Assembly: GCA_038222225.1 (NCBI GenBank)
Contig: JBBRHV010000004.1
Location: 6,778 to 70,777 of the forward strand
Origin: Candidatus Omnitrophota bacterium
GTDB taxonomy: Bacteria; Omnitrophota; Gorgyraeia; Zapsychrales; JANLHA01
Reading direction: 5' to 3'
Length of the DNA stretch: 64,000 nt
Made by a program: the position numbers and the translations under genes. Positions 41,920 through 50,487 of this stretch are shown piece by piece. Below the pieces are notes generated by a model. The model saw nothing but the letters and a program-made list of their open reading frames with translations, ran no database searches and was not told the origin of the DNA. Position 1 is the first letter of the stretch. Each line of letters opens with the position of its first letter.

Positions 41920-42183
41920 TTATTTCTTCAGGATCCGGATGATCTCCTTGATCTGCGGATCAACCACCCGGTAACACGATCTAACCCCATCCTTGCGTAC
42001 CTCTATAATACCCCTGGACTTTAAAATTGCCAGATGCTGCGAAACCGTGGACTGCGGCAACCCCAGGGCATTCATAATCTTGGTTACATTGCATTCTCCG
42101 GCACTGAGTCCCTCCACCATTTGAAGGCGGACCGGGTGGGCGATCGCTTTGAGTTTTTCACTGATGATATTGTAATCGGTCAT
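41920..42183 (-). CDS. ArsR/SmtB family transcriptional regulator
   Basis: HPVRLQMVEGLSAGECNVTKIMNALGLPQSTVSQHLAILKSRGII winged HTH; ATG at 42183. Confidence 0.8.
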   Translation of the reverse strand: MTDYNIISEKLKAIAHPVRLQMVEGLSAGECNVTKIMNALGLPQSTVSQHLAILKSRGIIEVRKDGVRSCYRVVDPQIKEIIRILKK

Positions 42184-42289
42184 TTCTTTTATCCTTTTAT
42201 CCAAATATTACGATATAACGATTAATTTGTCAAGAAAAAAGACACGCGCCTAAAACTAACCAACTTTTAATTATGGCGTGTGCCGGGCT

Positions 42290-42670
42290 TTATGACTTAA
42301 TTAATCGAACAACATACGGTCCCAATACCAATAATCCGATAAACACAGACCCAATGGCTGAGATCAACACCGCCGCCGCTGCCACATCCTTAGCCTGCTC
42401 AACCAGAGGATGAAACCCAGGAGAAGCCACGTCAGCCAGAAATTCAAAAGCCGTATTCAGAGCTTCGGCAGTCCAGACAGCCATAATCGCTAATATCAAC
42501 CAGCACCATTCGAAAGCTGTGATTTGAAAAAAGAACCCTGCCCCGATTACCATTGCAGTCACGCAGACATAAATCCAGGCATTGTGCTGGGTTTTCAGCA
42601 TGCTCCATAATCCGCGGAATGCAAATTTGAAGCTCCGGACTCGTTCTGAAAATTGGAATGGTTTTTTCAT
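42290..42670 (-). CDS. dgkA: diacylglycerol kinase
   Basis: 126 aa from ATG at 42670 (MKKPFQFSERVRSFKFAFRG...); three TM helices; DgkA family. Confidence 0.8.
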   Translation of the reverse strand: MKKPFQFSERVRSFKFAFRGLWSMLKTQHNAWIYVCVTAMVIGAGFFFQITAFEWCWLILAIMAVWTAEALNTAFEFLADVASPGFHPLVEQAKDVAAAAVLISAIGSVFIGLLVLGPYVVRLIKS

Positions 42671-42840
42671 AGTCGTGCTTAATGAATATCGCGCGTTAAA
42701 AAGTGACGCCACCTAACGTAAACGGCAATATTATACACCAATTCATTCAAATGTTGTTCTTTTTGATGTAGGAATGAAGACACATTTCGCCGACCATTCC
42801 GAATTCGTAGGTTATAACCTACCAAGTTGCCGCGATTTAT

Positions 42841-44337
42841 TTAGAGATAAAGGTCCCGCTCACCGGCTTCGATGCGGCGGTAGTAATTCATGAAGAGGTC
42901 AAAGGTTTGCGGATTGGTCTGGCGGATCTGAGCGATCTCGCGCTCAATGATCGGAATGCTAAGTTTGCGGGTTTCTTCCCCGGCAAAATCATCCACCCAT
43001 TCTTTAAAAGTGAGCACAGCGTTGAGCTTGCAGAACTTCCCTTCCTGACCATTACGCAGAAGTTCCATGATGCACTCCCCGGTCCGGCCGCAGCGGTACC
43101 CGGCCGTGCAAAAAGAAGTAATATAGCCCATACGGGCAAATTCAGCGATCACATCTTCCAAACTGCGGGTATCGCCTAGTAAAAACTGCTGAGTCTTCTC
43201 ATCTTGAAGGCTCGCCGTCTTTTGATATCCGCCGAGACCTATGTTAGAGGATGCGTCGGTTTGGGTGATCCCCATCTCGATCGCTTCCCTGCGCATCGCC
43301 GCGTTCTCGCGGGCGGTAATGATCATTCCGGCATGCGGGATCGCCAAACGCAAAACCAGGATCAATTTCTTAAAATCTTCATCCGAGACGCGGTGTTTGC
43401 TGAATTGATCCGCGTTCGTATTTAAAGCCGGCTCAAGCCTCGGAAACGAAACCGTATGCGGCCCGATCCCAAAACGACTCTCAAGTTCCAGCGAATGATA
43501 CACCAACCCCATGACATCAAACCGCCAATCCGCCAGCCCAAAGAGCGCGCCTATTCCCACATCATCAATGCCGGCCTCCAGTGCCCGATGCATGGCATAG
43601 AGCCGCCAACGGTAATGCCCTTTGATCGTATTCAATGGATGAACGTCGCGGTACGTCGGCAAGTGATAGGTTTCCTGAAACACCTGATACGTCCCGATCC
43701 CCGCGTCACGGATTTTCTTAAGATCAACGATGGAAAACGGTGGGGCATTGACATTCACCCGACGGATGTAGGACTCATGCCCGTTAACCTTCGGTTTGAC
43801 GTTATAGATCGTCTTAATGCTCGACACAATAAAATCCACATCATTACGCGGGTGCTCGCCATAGACAACGATCAGGCGCTTATGACCGATCTTGCCGGCT
43901 AAAGCCTCAACCTCTTTAACGATCTCCCAGGGAGCCAGCACTTTGCGTTCTGCGGTCTCGTTCTCGCTTTTAAACCCGCAGTAGCTGCAGTTGTTCACAC
44001 AGTAATTGCCTAAATACAACGGGGCAAAGGTGACGATGCGGTTGTCATAGACTTTGAGCTTAACTTTAAGCGCAGTCTGCTTCATTTCCTGCAGAAGCTG
44101 CGGGTCCTCGACATTGAGAAGGACCGCGGTCTCTGCCGGCGACAAATTCTGGATCGCCAGCGATTTCGCCAGAATGTCCCTTACCTGCTGCGGATCAGGA
44201 TCCTTGTGGCGCCCCAAAATCAGCGGAATCTCATCCTGCGGAATAAAATCCCTGCCGCCTACGAGATATTTGTCGATCTCATCCTGACAAATACGCTGCT
44301 CGAGCCACGTCGGTTGTTTTACTTCTGAAGTAAACAT
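42841..44337 (-). CDS. hydG: [FeFe]-hydrogenase H-cluster maturase, radical-SAM HydG (ThiH family with C-terminal extension)
   Basis: Radical-SAM CVNNCSYC, and a C-terminal Cys cluster FCTAGYRCGRTGEC...C that is absent from ThiH. Located in the hydrogenase operon. Confidence 0.8.
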   Translation of the reverse strand: MFTSEVKQPTWLEQRICQDEIDKYLVGGRDFIPQDEIPLILGRHKDPDPQQVRDILAKSLAIQNLSPAETAVLLNVEDPQLLQEMKQTALKVKLKVYDNRIVTFAPLYLGNYCVNNCSYCGFKSENETAERKVLAPWEIVKEVEALAGKIGHKRLIVVYGEHPRNDVDFIVSSIKTIYNVKPKVNGHESYIRRVNVNAPPFSIVDLKKIRDAGIGTYQVFQETYHLPTYRDVHPLNTIKGHYRWRLYAMHRALEAGIDDVGIGALFGLADWRFDVMGLVYHSLELESRFGIGPHTVSFPRLEPALNTNADQFSKHRVSDEDFKKLILVLRLAIPHAGMIITARENAAMRREAIEMGITQTDASSNIGLGGYQKTASLQDEKTQQFLLGDTRSLEDVIAEFARMGYITSFCTAGYRCGRTGECIMELLRNGQEGKFCKLNAVLTFKEWVDDFAGEETRKLSIPIIEREIAQIRQTNPQTFDLFMNYYRRIEAGERDLYL

Positions 44338-45590
44338 TCCACTCCTGTAGATGCGCTGGCCGTCTGATAAACTTTTAGCGCGTCGCTAAACGGCATCAAC
44401 ACCCGCTCCAGAACGCCCTGCGTATACGAAATACAAATTCCGTAATTAGTAATCCGGACCGAACTCTTGCGAGCCTCGGTAATGCGGCCCAGCATTTCTT
44501 TGCGGGTCAGCATACATCCCCCGCAATGAACAATCAATTGATACTGCGATAAATCTTTGGGGAAATCACGGCCGGTACAATATTCGATTCTCAAATCTTT
44601 TCCGGTGGAATTTTTCAGCCCGCGCGGAATTTTAACCCGGGCGATATCTTCGTCAATCGCATGATGCGTACAAGCTTCCGCGATCAGAACCCGGTCCCCG
44701 TCCTTCAAATCTTTGATCTTGGCAGCACCGCGAACCTGTTCCGTCAGGTCGCCTTTAAACCGAGACAACAGCGTCGAAAACGTGGTCACCTTAACATCTT
44801 GAGCGGTCTGACGGATCACCTCTCCCACCACCGGTGAATCGCAAATGACAAGATCCGGACTCTTCGACAAACGGGCCAGGGCTTGAACATACTCGGTCTC
44901 TTTAACGATCAAAGTCATCATGGAATGATCCAAGGCCTCACGGATCGCCTGAACCTGTAGCATTTTAATCCGGCCTTTGGGAGCTTCTAAATCGATCGGA
45001 GCCACCAAAAGCGCCAACCCTCCCTGAGGAATCAAATCTGCCATCAAATGAGGCGTGCGGTAATACTCATACGGAGACACTTTCAACATGCCGTGTTCCA
45101 ACCGAGTCACGCTGTCCTGACGGTTTGACCAGTCGGTGCTCGAACACAACAAAACATCATCGGCTTCCGCCTTCAGGCGGTTGATAAATCCTTCCGACGG
45201 TTTTTTCAGGTCAAGCTTATTGACCACAGCCACAACCGGAGTTTTAGTCTCCCGCGCTTGCGCGATGACATCTCTCTCATAATCCGTCCAGACATCGGCT
45301 TCCGTAACCAGCATGATCACATCCGAACGCGTCATCACGCGCCGCGTCCTTTCCCGTCGCATCTCGCCCAACGCGGTCTGGTCATCTAAACCCGCTGTAT
45401 CCAAAAACACAACCGGCCCCACCGAATGCAGCTCCATGGTCTTTTCAACCACGTCAGTCGTTGTCCCCGGGACATCCGATGTGATGGACACATCCTGCCC
45501 AGCGATCATATTCAGAAAACTGGACTTTCCCACATTAGTGCGACCGAATAGCCCGATCTGCAATCGTAACGCTTTTGGTGTTGTTAACAT
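44319..45590 (-). CDS. hydF: [FeFe]-hydrogenase maturation GTPase HydF
   Basis: G1 GRTNVGKSS, G3 DTAG, G4 NKLD; C-terminal Cys motifs (CTHH...HCGGC). Confidence 0.85.
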   Translation of the reverse strand: MLTTPKALRLQIGLFGRTNVGKSSFLNMIAGQDVSITSDVPGTTTDVVEKTMELHSVGPVVFLDTAGLDDQTALGEMRRERTRRVMTRSDVIMLVTEADVWTDYERDVIAQARETKTPVVAVVNKLDLKKPSEGFINRLKAEADDVLLCSSTDWSNRQDSVTRLEHGMLKVSPYEYYRTPHLMADLIPQGGLALLVAPIDLEAPKGRIKMLQVQAIREALDHSMMTLIVKETEYVQALARLSKSPDLVICDSPVVGEVIRQTAQDVKVTTFSTLLSRFKGDLTEQVRGAAKIKDLKDGDRVLIAEACTHHAIDEDIARVKIPRGLKNSTGKDLRIEYCTGRDFPKDLSQYQLIVHCGGCMLTRKEMLGRITEARKSSVRITNYGICISYTQGVLERVLMPFSDALKVYQTASASTGVECLLQK

Positions 45591-45608
45591 CTACGGTCTC
45601 CTCGACTC

Positions 45609-45998
45609 CTATGATTTTCGAATATAATTTTGAACTGTCTTTAAAAATAATTCCGGATTGATGGGCTTCTCCAAAAACGCTTTTGCCGGAACAAGGACTT
45701 CACCGGTCTGATAATCATAAGCAAATTCACCGACTTTTTTAATCCCCGAGACAATAATGACCGGAGTATGTCTGGTGGTTTCATTGGCATGAAGCGCCTT
45801 TGCGACATTAAACCCTTCCGAATCATCCGCCATCATGACATCCAGCGAAATCAGGTCCGGATTGATCTCTTTAGCCTTCTTCACGCCCTGCTGGCCGTTG
45901 TTGGCGGTCGCGACTGTATATCCGTTGGCCTCCAATAAGGCCTTAACGGCTTCAATAAAATCCTGGTCATCATCAATCATCAAAATTGTGTTTGCCAT
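45609..45998 (-). CDS. stand-alone response-regulator receiver (REC) protein
   Basis: MANTILMIDDDQDF..., phospho-acceptor Asp in LISLDVMM, T/S in VIIVSG, Lys in EKPI; no output domain. Confidence 0.85.
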   Translation of the reverse strand: MANTILMIDDDQDFIEAVKALLEANGYTVATANNGQQGVKKAKEINPDLISLDVMMADDSEGFNVAKALHANETTRHTPVIIVSGIKKVGEFAYDYQTGEVLVPAKAFLEKPINPELFLKTVQNYIRKS

Positions 45999-46012
45999 TC
46001 CTTCCCCCCTGT

Positions 46013-47758
46013 TTAACGTTTGTACTCCGGTCGTGGTTTGTACTTTGTATGCAGCAAATGATGCGCTTTTTCGCCTAGCGGAGCACCCAAAAACTCCTCA
46101 TAGAGTTTTTTTACAAACGGGTTTTCGTGACTGTAACGGACGGCACAAGATTCGTCATCATCATACAAACCCTGCGCGCGTGCCAAACGCACTTCATTGC
46201 TCACACCATACGGCTGCCCGCCGCCGCCAATGCATCCCCCCGGACAGGCCATGACTTCAATAAAATGATAGGGCAAAGGTTCATTGTTTTCCTTGGCCTG
46301 ACGAACTTTGCTAAGCACATATTCTACATTACTTAAACCGTGCGCAACAGCAATATTTACGGTTGAACCCTGAATGGTGACCGATGTTTCCTTCACTCCC
46401 TCCAGCCCCCTCACATCCATAAATTCAACGTCTTTCAGATTCTCTTTGGTAATAAAATTATAGGCCGTGCGCAACGCCGCTTCCATCACGCCGCCGGTCG
46501 CCCCGAAGATCGTCCCGGCGCCGGAATAATCACCCATAAGGTGATCCGAATCTTCATCAGGAAGATGTTCAAAATCGATTCCGGACTGTTTAATCATACG
46601 GATCAGTTCCCGGGTCGTTATAACGTAATCCGTATCCTGATAACCTGAGGAAAACATGTCCTGGCTGCGGTTGATCTCATACTTTTTTGCCGTACACGGC
46701 ATGATCGAAACCACCACCACCTTCGCCGGATCGATCTTATGAGTCTGAGGATAATACGTCTTAGCCAAAGCGCCCATGATCTCCTGCGGAGACTTCGCAG
46801 AAGAAAAATGCTCGATCATGTCGGTATGAAATTTCTCCATAAAATCCACCCAAGACGGGCAACAGGTTGTGATCAACGGCAACGGCCCCTTTTTATACAC
46901 AAACCGCTGAACAAATTCACTGGCCTCCTCCATGATCGTCACATCGGCGGAAAAATTGGTGTCAAAGACCGCTTTAAACCCGATCCGTCTTAACAGGGCA
47001 TACAGTTTGCGTGTCAGATTCGTTCCCGGCTTCATGCCGAACCCTTCTCCGACCGCTACGCGCACTGACGGCGCGATCTGCACAACACAATGCTTATCTG
47101 GATCCTGCAAAACGTCCCAGACGTTCTGCGTATCGTCCTGCTCAAAAATAGCCCCGGTCGGACAATGAGCAGCGCACTGCCCGCATCGCACACACGGAGA
47201 ATCACCAAGCTTAATATCACCGGCGGCCGAGATTCGAGTCTCCACGCCGCGCTCCAAAAATGAAAGAGCCCAGACATTCTGTGTTTCCTGACAAACCGTC
47301 ACACAACGGCCGCATTTGATGCACTTACTCGGCTCCAAAACAATCGTTCCCGTTGAACGATCGATAGGAAGATCCCTCACAACTTTTTTAAAACCTTCAT
47401 CCCGGATACCGAAATCAGAGACCATGCTCTGAAGTTCACAGTTATTGTTGCGGCCACACTTCAAACAATCATTAGGGTGATTGGACAGGATCAGCTCCAG
47501 GACCGTCCGCCGGGTCGCAACCAGTTCAGGGTCATGTGTGATAATGTCCATCCCCTCCCCAATCGGCGTGCAGCAGGAACGGATCATCTTACGCGTTCCC
47601 TTAACCTTGACGATGCAGACTCCGCAGGCGCCGCTCGCCACGACATCCGGGTGTTTACATAAAGTCGGAATATTAACCTGAACCTGCTTGGCCACATCCA
47701 GAATGGTCGCGCCTTCTTCAAACTCGACCGGGAGATCATTGATAATTGCTTTTCCCAT
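46013..47758 (-). CDS. hydA: [FeFe] hydrogenase catalytic subunit HydA (2Fe-2S and 4Fe-4S N-terminal domains plus H-cluster domain)
   Basis: H-cluster motifs TTCCPSW, MPCTAKKYE, EVMACPGGCIGGGGQP; N-terminal plant-type ferredoxin fold and multiple CxxCxxCxxxCP ferredoxin motifs. Confidence 0.95.
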   Translation of the reverse strand: MGKAIINDLPVEFEEGATILDVAKQVQVNIPTLCKHPDVVASGACGVCIVKVKGTRKMIRSCCTPIGEGMDIITHDPELVATRRTVLELILSNHPNDCLKCGRNNNCELQSMVSDFGIRDEGFKKVVRDLPIDRSTGTIVLEPSKCIKCGRCVTVCQETQNVWALSFLERGVETRISAAGDIKLGDSPCVRCGQCAAHCPTGAIFEQDDTQNVWDVLQDPDKHCVVQIAPSVRVAVGEGFGMKPGTNLTRKLYALLRRIGFKAVFDTNFSADVTIMEEASEFVQRFVYKKGPLPLITTCCPSWVDFMEKFHTDMIEHFSSAKSPQEIMGALAKTYYPQTHKIDPAKVVVVSIMPCTAKKYEINRSQDMFSSGYQDTDYVITTRELIRMIKQSGIDFEHLPDEDSDHLMGDYSGAGTIFGATGGVMEAALRTAYNFITKENLKDVEFMDVRGLEGVKETSVTIQGSTVNIAVAHGLSNVEYVLSKVRQAKENNEPLPYHFIEVMACPGGCIGGGGQPYGVSNEVRLARAQGLYDDDESCAVRYSHENPFVKKLYEEFLGAPLGEKAHHLLHTKYKPRPEYKR

Positions 47759-47780
47759 GAATAAAACTCCTCTTTAAACT

Positions 47781-49583
47781 CTATCGTTGTATGGCTCCAA
47801 ATTTACAGACTTCAAAACACTGTCCGCAACGGATGCACTTCTCGGCCACGATCCAATACCCCTGTTCGCGGTCTCCGGGAATCGCTCCCACCGGGCAATT
47901 GCGCTGACACAACGTGCAGCGACGGCATTTTTCCTGAATAATGCTATAGTTAAACAACTGGCTGCATTTTCCCGCTGGACAATGCTTGTCATGAATATGC
48001 GCGCGATATTCTTCATCAAAATACTGCAGCGTTGAAAGAACAGGATTCGAAGCCGTCTGTCCAAGCCCGCACAACGAAGCCTTCTGCATCGCAGAAGAAA
48101 TCCTCCGCATTTTTAGAACATCTTCCTCCTGTGCCTTGCCTTCAGAAATGTCCTTTAAAATACTCAGCAGCTGCTTTCCGCCGATCCGGCACGGGGCACA
48201 TTTTCCGCAAGATTCCTCAACGCAAAATCCCAAATAAAATTTTGCGATATCGATCATGCAGTCGTCTTCATCCATGACGATCATCCCGCCCGACCCCATG
48301 ATAGAACCCAGCTTCTGAAGATTTTCATAATCCACCGGCGTGTCAAAAAACTGTTCCGGAATCACTCCCCCTGAAGGCCCTCCGGTTTGAATGGCTTTGA
48401 TTTTTTTCCCGTTCTCTGTTCCACCGCCGATATCAAAAACAATTTCCCGGAGTGTGATCCCCATGGGAACTTCCACCAAACCAGTATTTTTCACCTTTCC
48501 GGTTAAAGCAAAAACTTTGGTTCCCCTGGAATCTTTTGTTCCGATCTTTGAAAACCAATCGCCGCCTCTTTGAATAATCACTGGAATATTGGCTAAAGTT
48601 TCCACATTATTAATGATTGTCGGTTTTCCCCACAGGCCCTTGACCGATGGATACGGCGGGCGCGGTACCGGGCAACCGCGTTTCCCTTCAATAGAGGCAA
48701 TCAACGCCGTCTCTTCACCGCAGACAAAAGCTCCTGCTCCCAACCGAATTTCCAAATCAAAAGAAAATTTTGTCCCTAAAATATTTTTCCCCAGGACCCC
48801 ATACTCATGGGCCTGATCAATCGCCCTCTGAACACGCTCAATGGCCAGCGGATATTCAGCTCGAATATAAAAAAACCCCTTCGTCGCGCCGACCGTAAAT
48901 CCGGCAATGATCATTCCTTCTAAAACCGAATGCGGATCTCCTTCCAAGACGCTGCGATCCATATACGCGCCCGGATCCCCCTCGTCACCATTGCAAATGA
49001 TATATTTCTGATCTGCCTGAACACCACGAGCAAAATTCCATTTCATCCAGGTCGGAAACCCCCCGCCTCCGCGTCCGCGTAATCCACTCAGCCGCAGCTC
49101 TTCGATCACTTTTTCCGGGACTCCCCTGGTTAATGTTTTTTTCAATCCCTGATAACCGTCATTCGCCAGATAATCCTCGATATTCTCCGGATCGATCACG
49201 CCGCAATTACGCAAAACAATACGGATTTGCTTCTCAGAGGTAACAATACGATACTTTGAAATTTCAACAGCTTTCGGATTCCCCCGAACAAGATGATGCT
49301 GAATAATATCAACGGCCGCCTGCGCATCAACGTTCCCATACACGCCTTCAGAAACGCCATGCCGCTCGATCTCAACCAAAGGCTCCGCGTAACACATTCC
49401 AAGACAACCGCAGCGCATCAATTCCGCATCGATACCGTTGGCCTCAAGCTCAGAATAAATTTTCTTAAAAACATCCTTCGCCCCCGCGGCAATCCCGCAG
49501 GAACTCATACCGACCCGAATAATGGGGCGATCACTTTTCTTTCTCTTAAAACCATCCAATTGACCCATGGTCAACTTCGCCAT
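47781..49583 (-). CDS. hydB: NuoF-like NAD(P)H-binding flavoprotein subunit HydB
   Basis: 51-kDa-subunit motifs (GRGGGGFPT, ESCGKCAPCR); N-terminal thioredoxin-like 2Fe-2S domain and two C-terminal 4Fe-4S ferredoxin motifs. Confidence 0.95.
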   Translation of the reverse strand: MAKLTMGQLDGFKRKKSDRPIIRVGMSSCGIAAGAKDVFKKIYSELEANGIDAELMRCGCLGMCYAEPLVEIERHGVSEGVYGNVDAQAAVDIIQHHLVRGNPKAVEISKYRIVTSEKQIRIVLRNCGVIDPENIEDYLANDGYQGLKKTLTRGVPEKVIEELRLSGLRGRGGGGFPTWMKWNFARGVQADQKYIICNGDEGDPGAYMDRSVLEGDPHSVLEGMIIAGFTVGATKGFFYIRAEYPLAIERVQRAIDQAHEYGVLGKNILGTKFSFDLEIRLGAGAFVCGEETALIASIEGKRGCPVPRPPYPSVKGLWGKPTIINNVETLANIPVIIQRGGDWFSKIGTKDSRGTKVFALTGKVKNTGLVEVPMGITLREIVFDIGGGTENGKKIKAIQTGGPSGGVIPEQFFDTPVDYENLQKLGSIMGSGGMIVMDEDDCMIDIAKFYLGFCVEESCGKCAPCRIGGKQLLSILKDISEGKAQEEDVLKMRRISSAMQKASLCGLGQTASNPVLSTLQYFDEEYRAHIHDKHCPAGKCSQLFNYSIIQEKCRRCTLCQRNCPVGAIPGDREQGYWIVAEKCIRCGQCFEVCKFGAIQR

Positions 49584-49597
49584 CGACTCCCCCTTTA

Positions 49598-50473
49598 TTA
49601 AACCGCTGCAATTTTTTCTTTAGAATATTCAGATAAAATATTAATGATATTTTCTTTTTTAACTTTCCCGTAAATTTTTTCATCAATCATGATCACCGGT
49701 GCTAGACCGCAGCACCCCAGACAACGCACAACCTGAATATGAAATTCTCCATCGGAGGTTGTCTGCCCCTCTTCAATATTCAATAAAACCTTCAGTTCCG
49801 CCAAAATCCCCGGCGTCCCCTTCAAATAACAGGCCGTTCCCAAGCACACGGAAATCAGATGCTTTCCGGGCGGATCAAGTTTGAAATAATTATAAAATGT
49901 GATCACCTCATAAATACGGGCTAACGGAATCCCCAACAAACGCCGAAGCTCAAAAGAAACTTCACGGGGGACATAACCATAATGATTCTGGATTTCGTGA
50001 AGAATCATAATCAAATTGCCGTCTTTGCCGCTCCATTTCTCAACCAACGCATCAATTTCACCGACAAAACTACGATGCTCCGTCCCCGTCTTCTTCATAA
50101 AAATCTTAACTGTGCTTAATAAACGCTCGGGCTGAATCGGCTTCTCAATAACCATTTTGACCGGAAGTTCTTTCTCGTCGGGCTGGATGTCAAACGAAAA
50201 ACCCATTTCCCTTTTTGCACCAGTAATCAAGATCAACGGAATATTGCACGTCGCCGCATCCGCAGCCAACGCTTTGGCCATCTCCGCCCCTTCCGTCTTG
50301 TATGTCATCATCATATCCAGCAAGATCAAATCCGGCGACTGTTCCTTAGCCCGCTGAAAACCCTCCTGCCCATTGGAGGCGCGAATCACCTCATGTCCAT
50401 CGGACTCCAGAAGAAGCGCCGTCGCTTCCAAAAAATCCAGATCATCATCCACAATTAAAATCTTGTTCTGCAT
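49598..50473 (-). CDS. hydC: fusion of a REC receiver domain to the NuoE-like 2Fe-2S subunit HydC
   Basis: Residues 1-125: receiver (DDD, LILLDMMM, LILITG, EKPI), paralogous to the 45609-45998 product. Residues 140-291: NuoE/HydC fold with CLGTACYL...CLGCCGLAPV. Confidence 0.85.
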   Translation of the reverse strand: MQNKILIVDDDLDFLEATALLLESDGHEVIRASNGQEGFQRAKEQSPDLILLDMMMTYKTEGAEMAKALAADAATCNIPLILITGAKREMGFSFDIQPDEKELPVKMVIEKPIQPERLLSTVKIFMKKTGTEHRSFVGEIDALVEKWSGKDGNLIMILHEIQNHYGYVPREVSFELRRLLGIPLARIYEVITFYNYFKLDPPGKHLISVCLGTACYLKGTPGILAELKVLLNIEEGQTTSDGEFHIQVVRCLGCCGLAPVIMIDEKIYGKVKKENIINILSEYSKEKIAAV

Positions 50474-50487
50474 GTCCCCACCCTCTG

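Noticed and set aside
42730-42750. TGTATAAT-like extended -10 and TTGAAT upstream of dgkA considered as a promoter
   Set aside because: The spacing between the putative -35 and -10 is only about 9 nt, so a confident promoter call is not possible from sequence alone.
47774-48277. ORFs 47774-48064 (-), 47787-48035 (+), 48032-48277 (+) at the hydB/hydA boundary
   Set aside because: Out-of-frame or antisense to hydB and hydA. Arg/Ser-rich translations of GC-rich antisense sequence.
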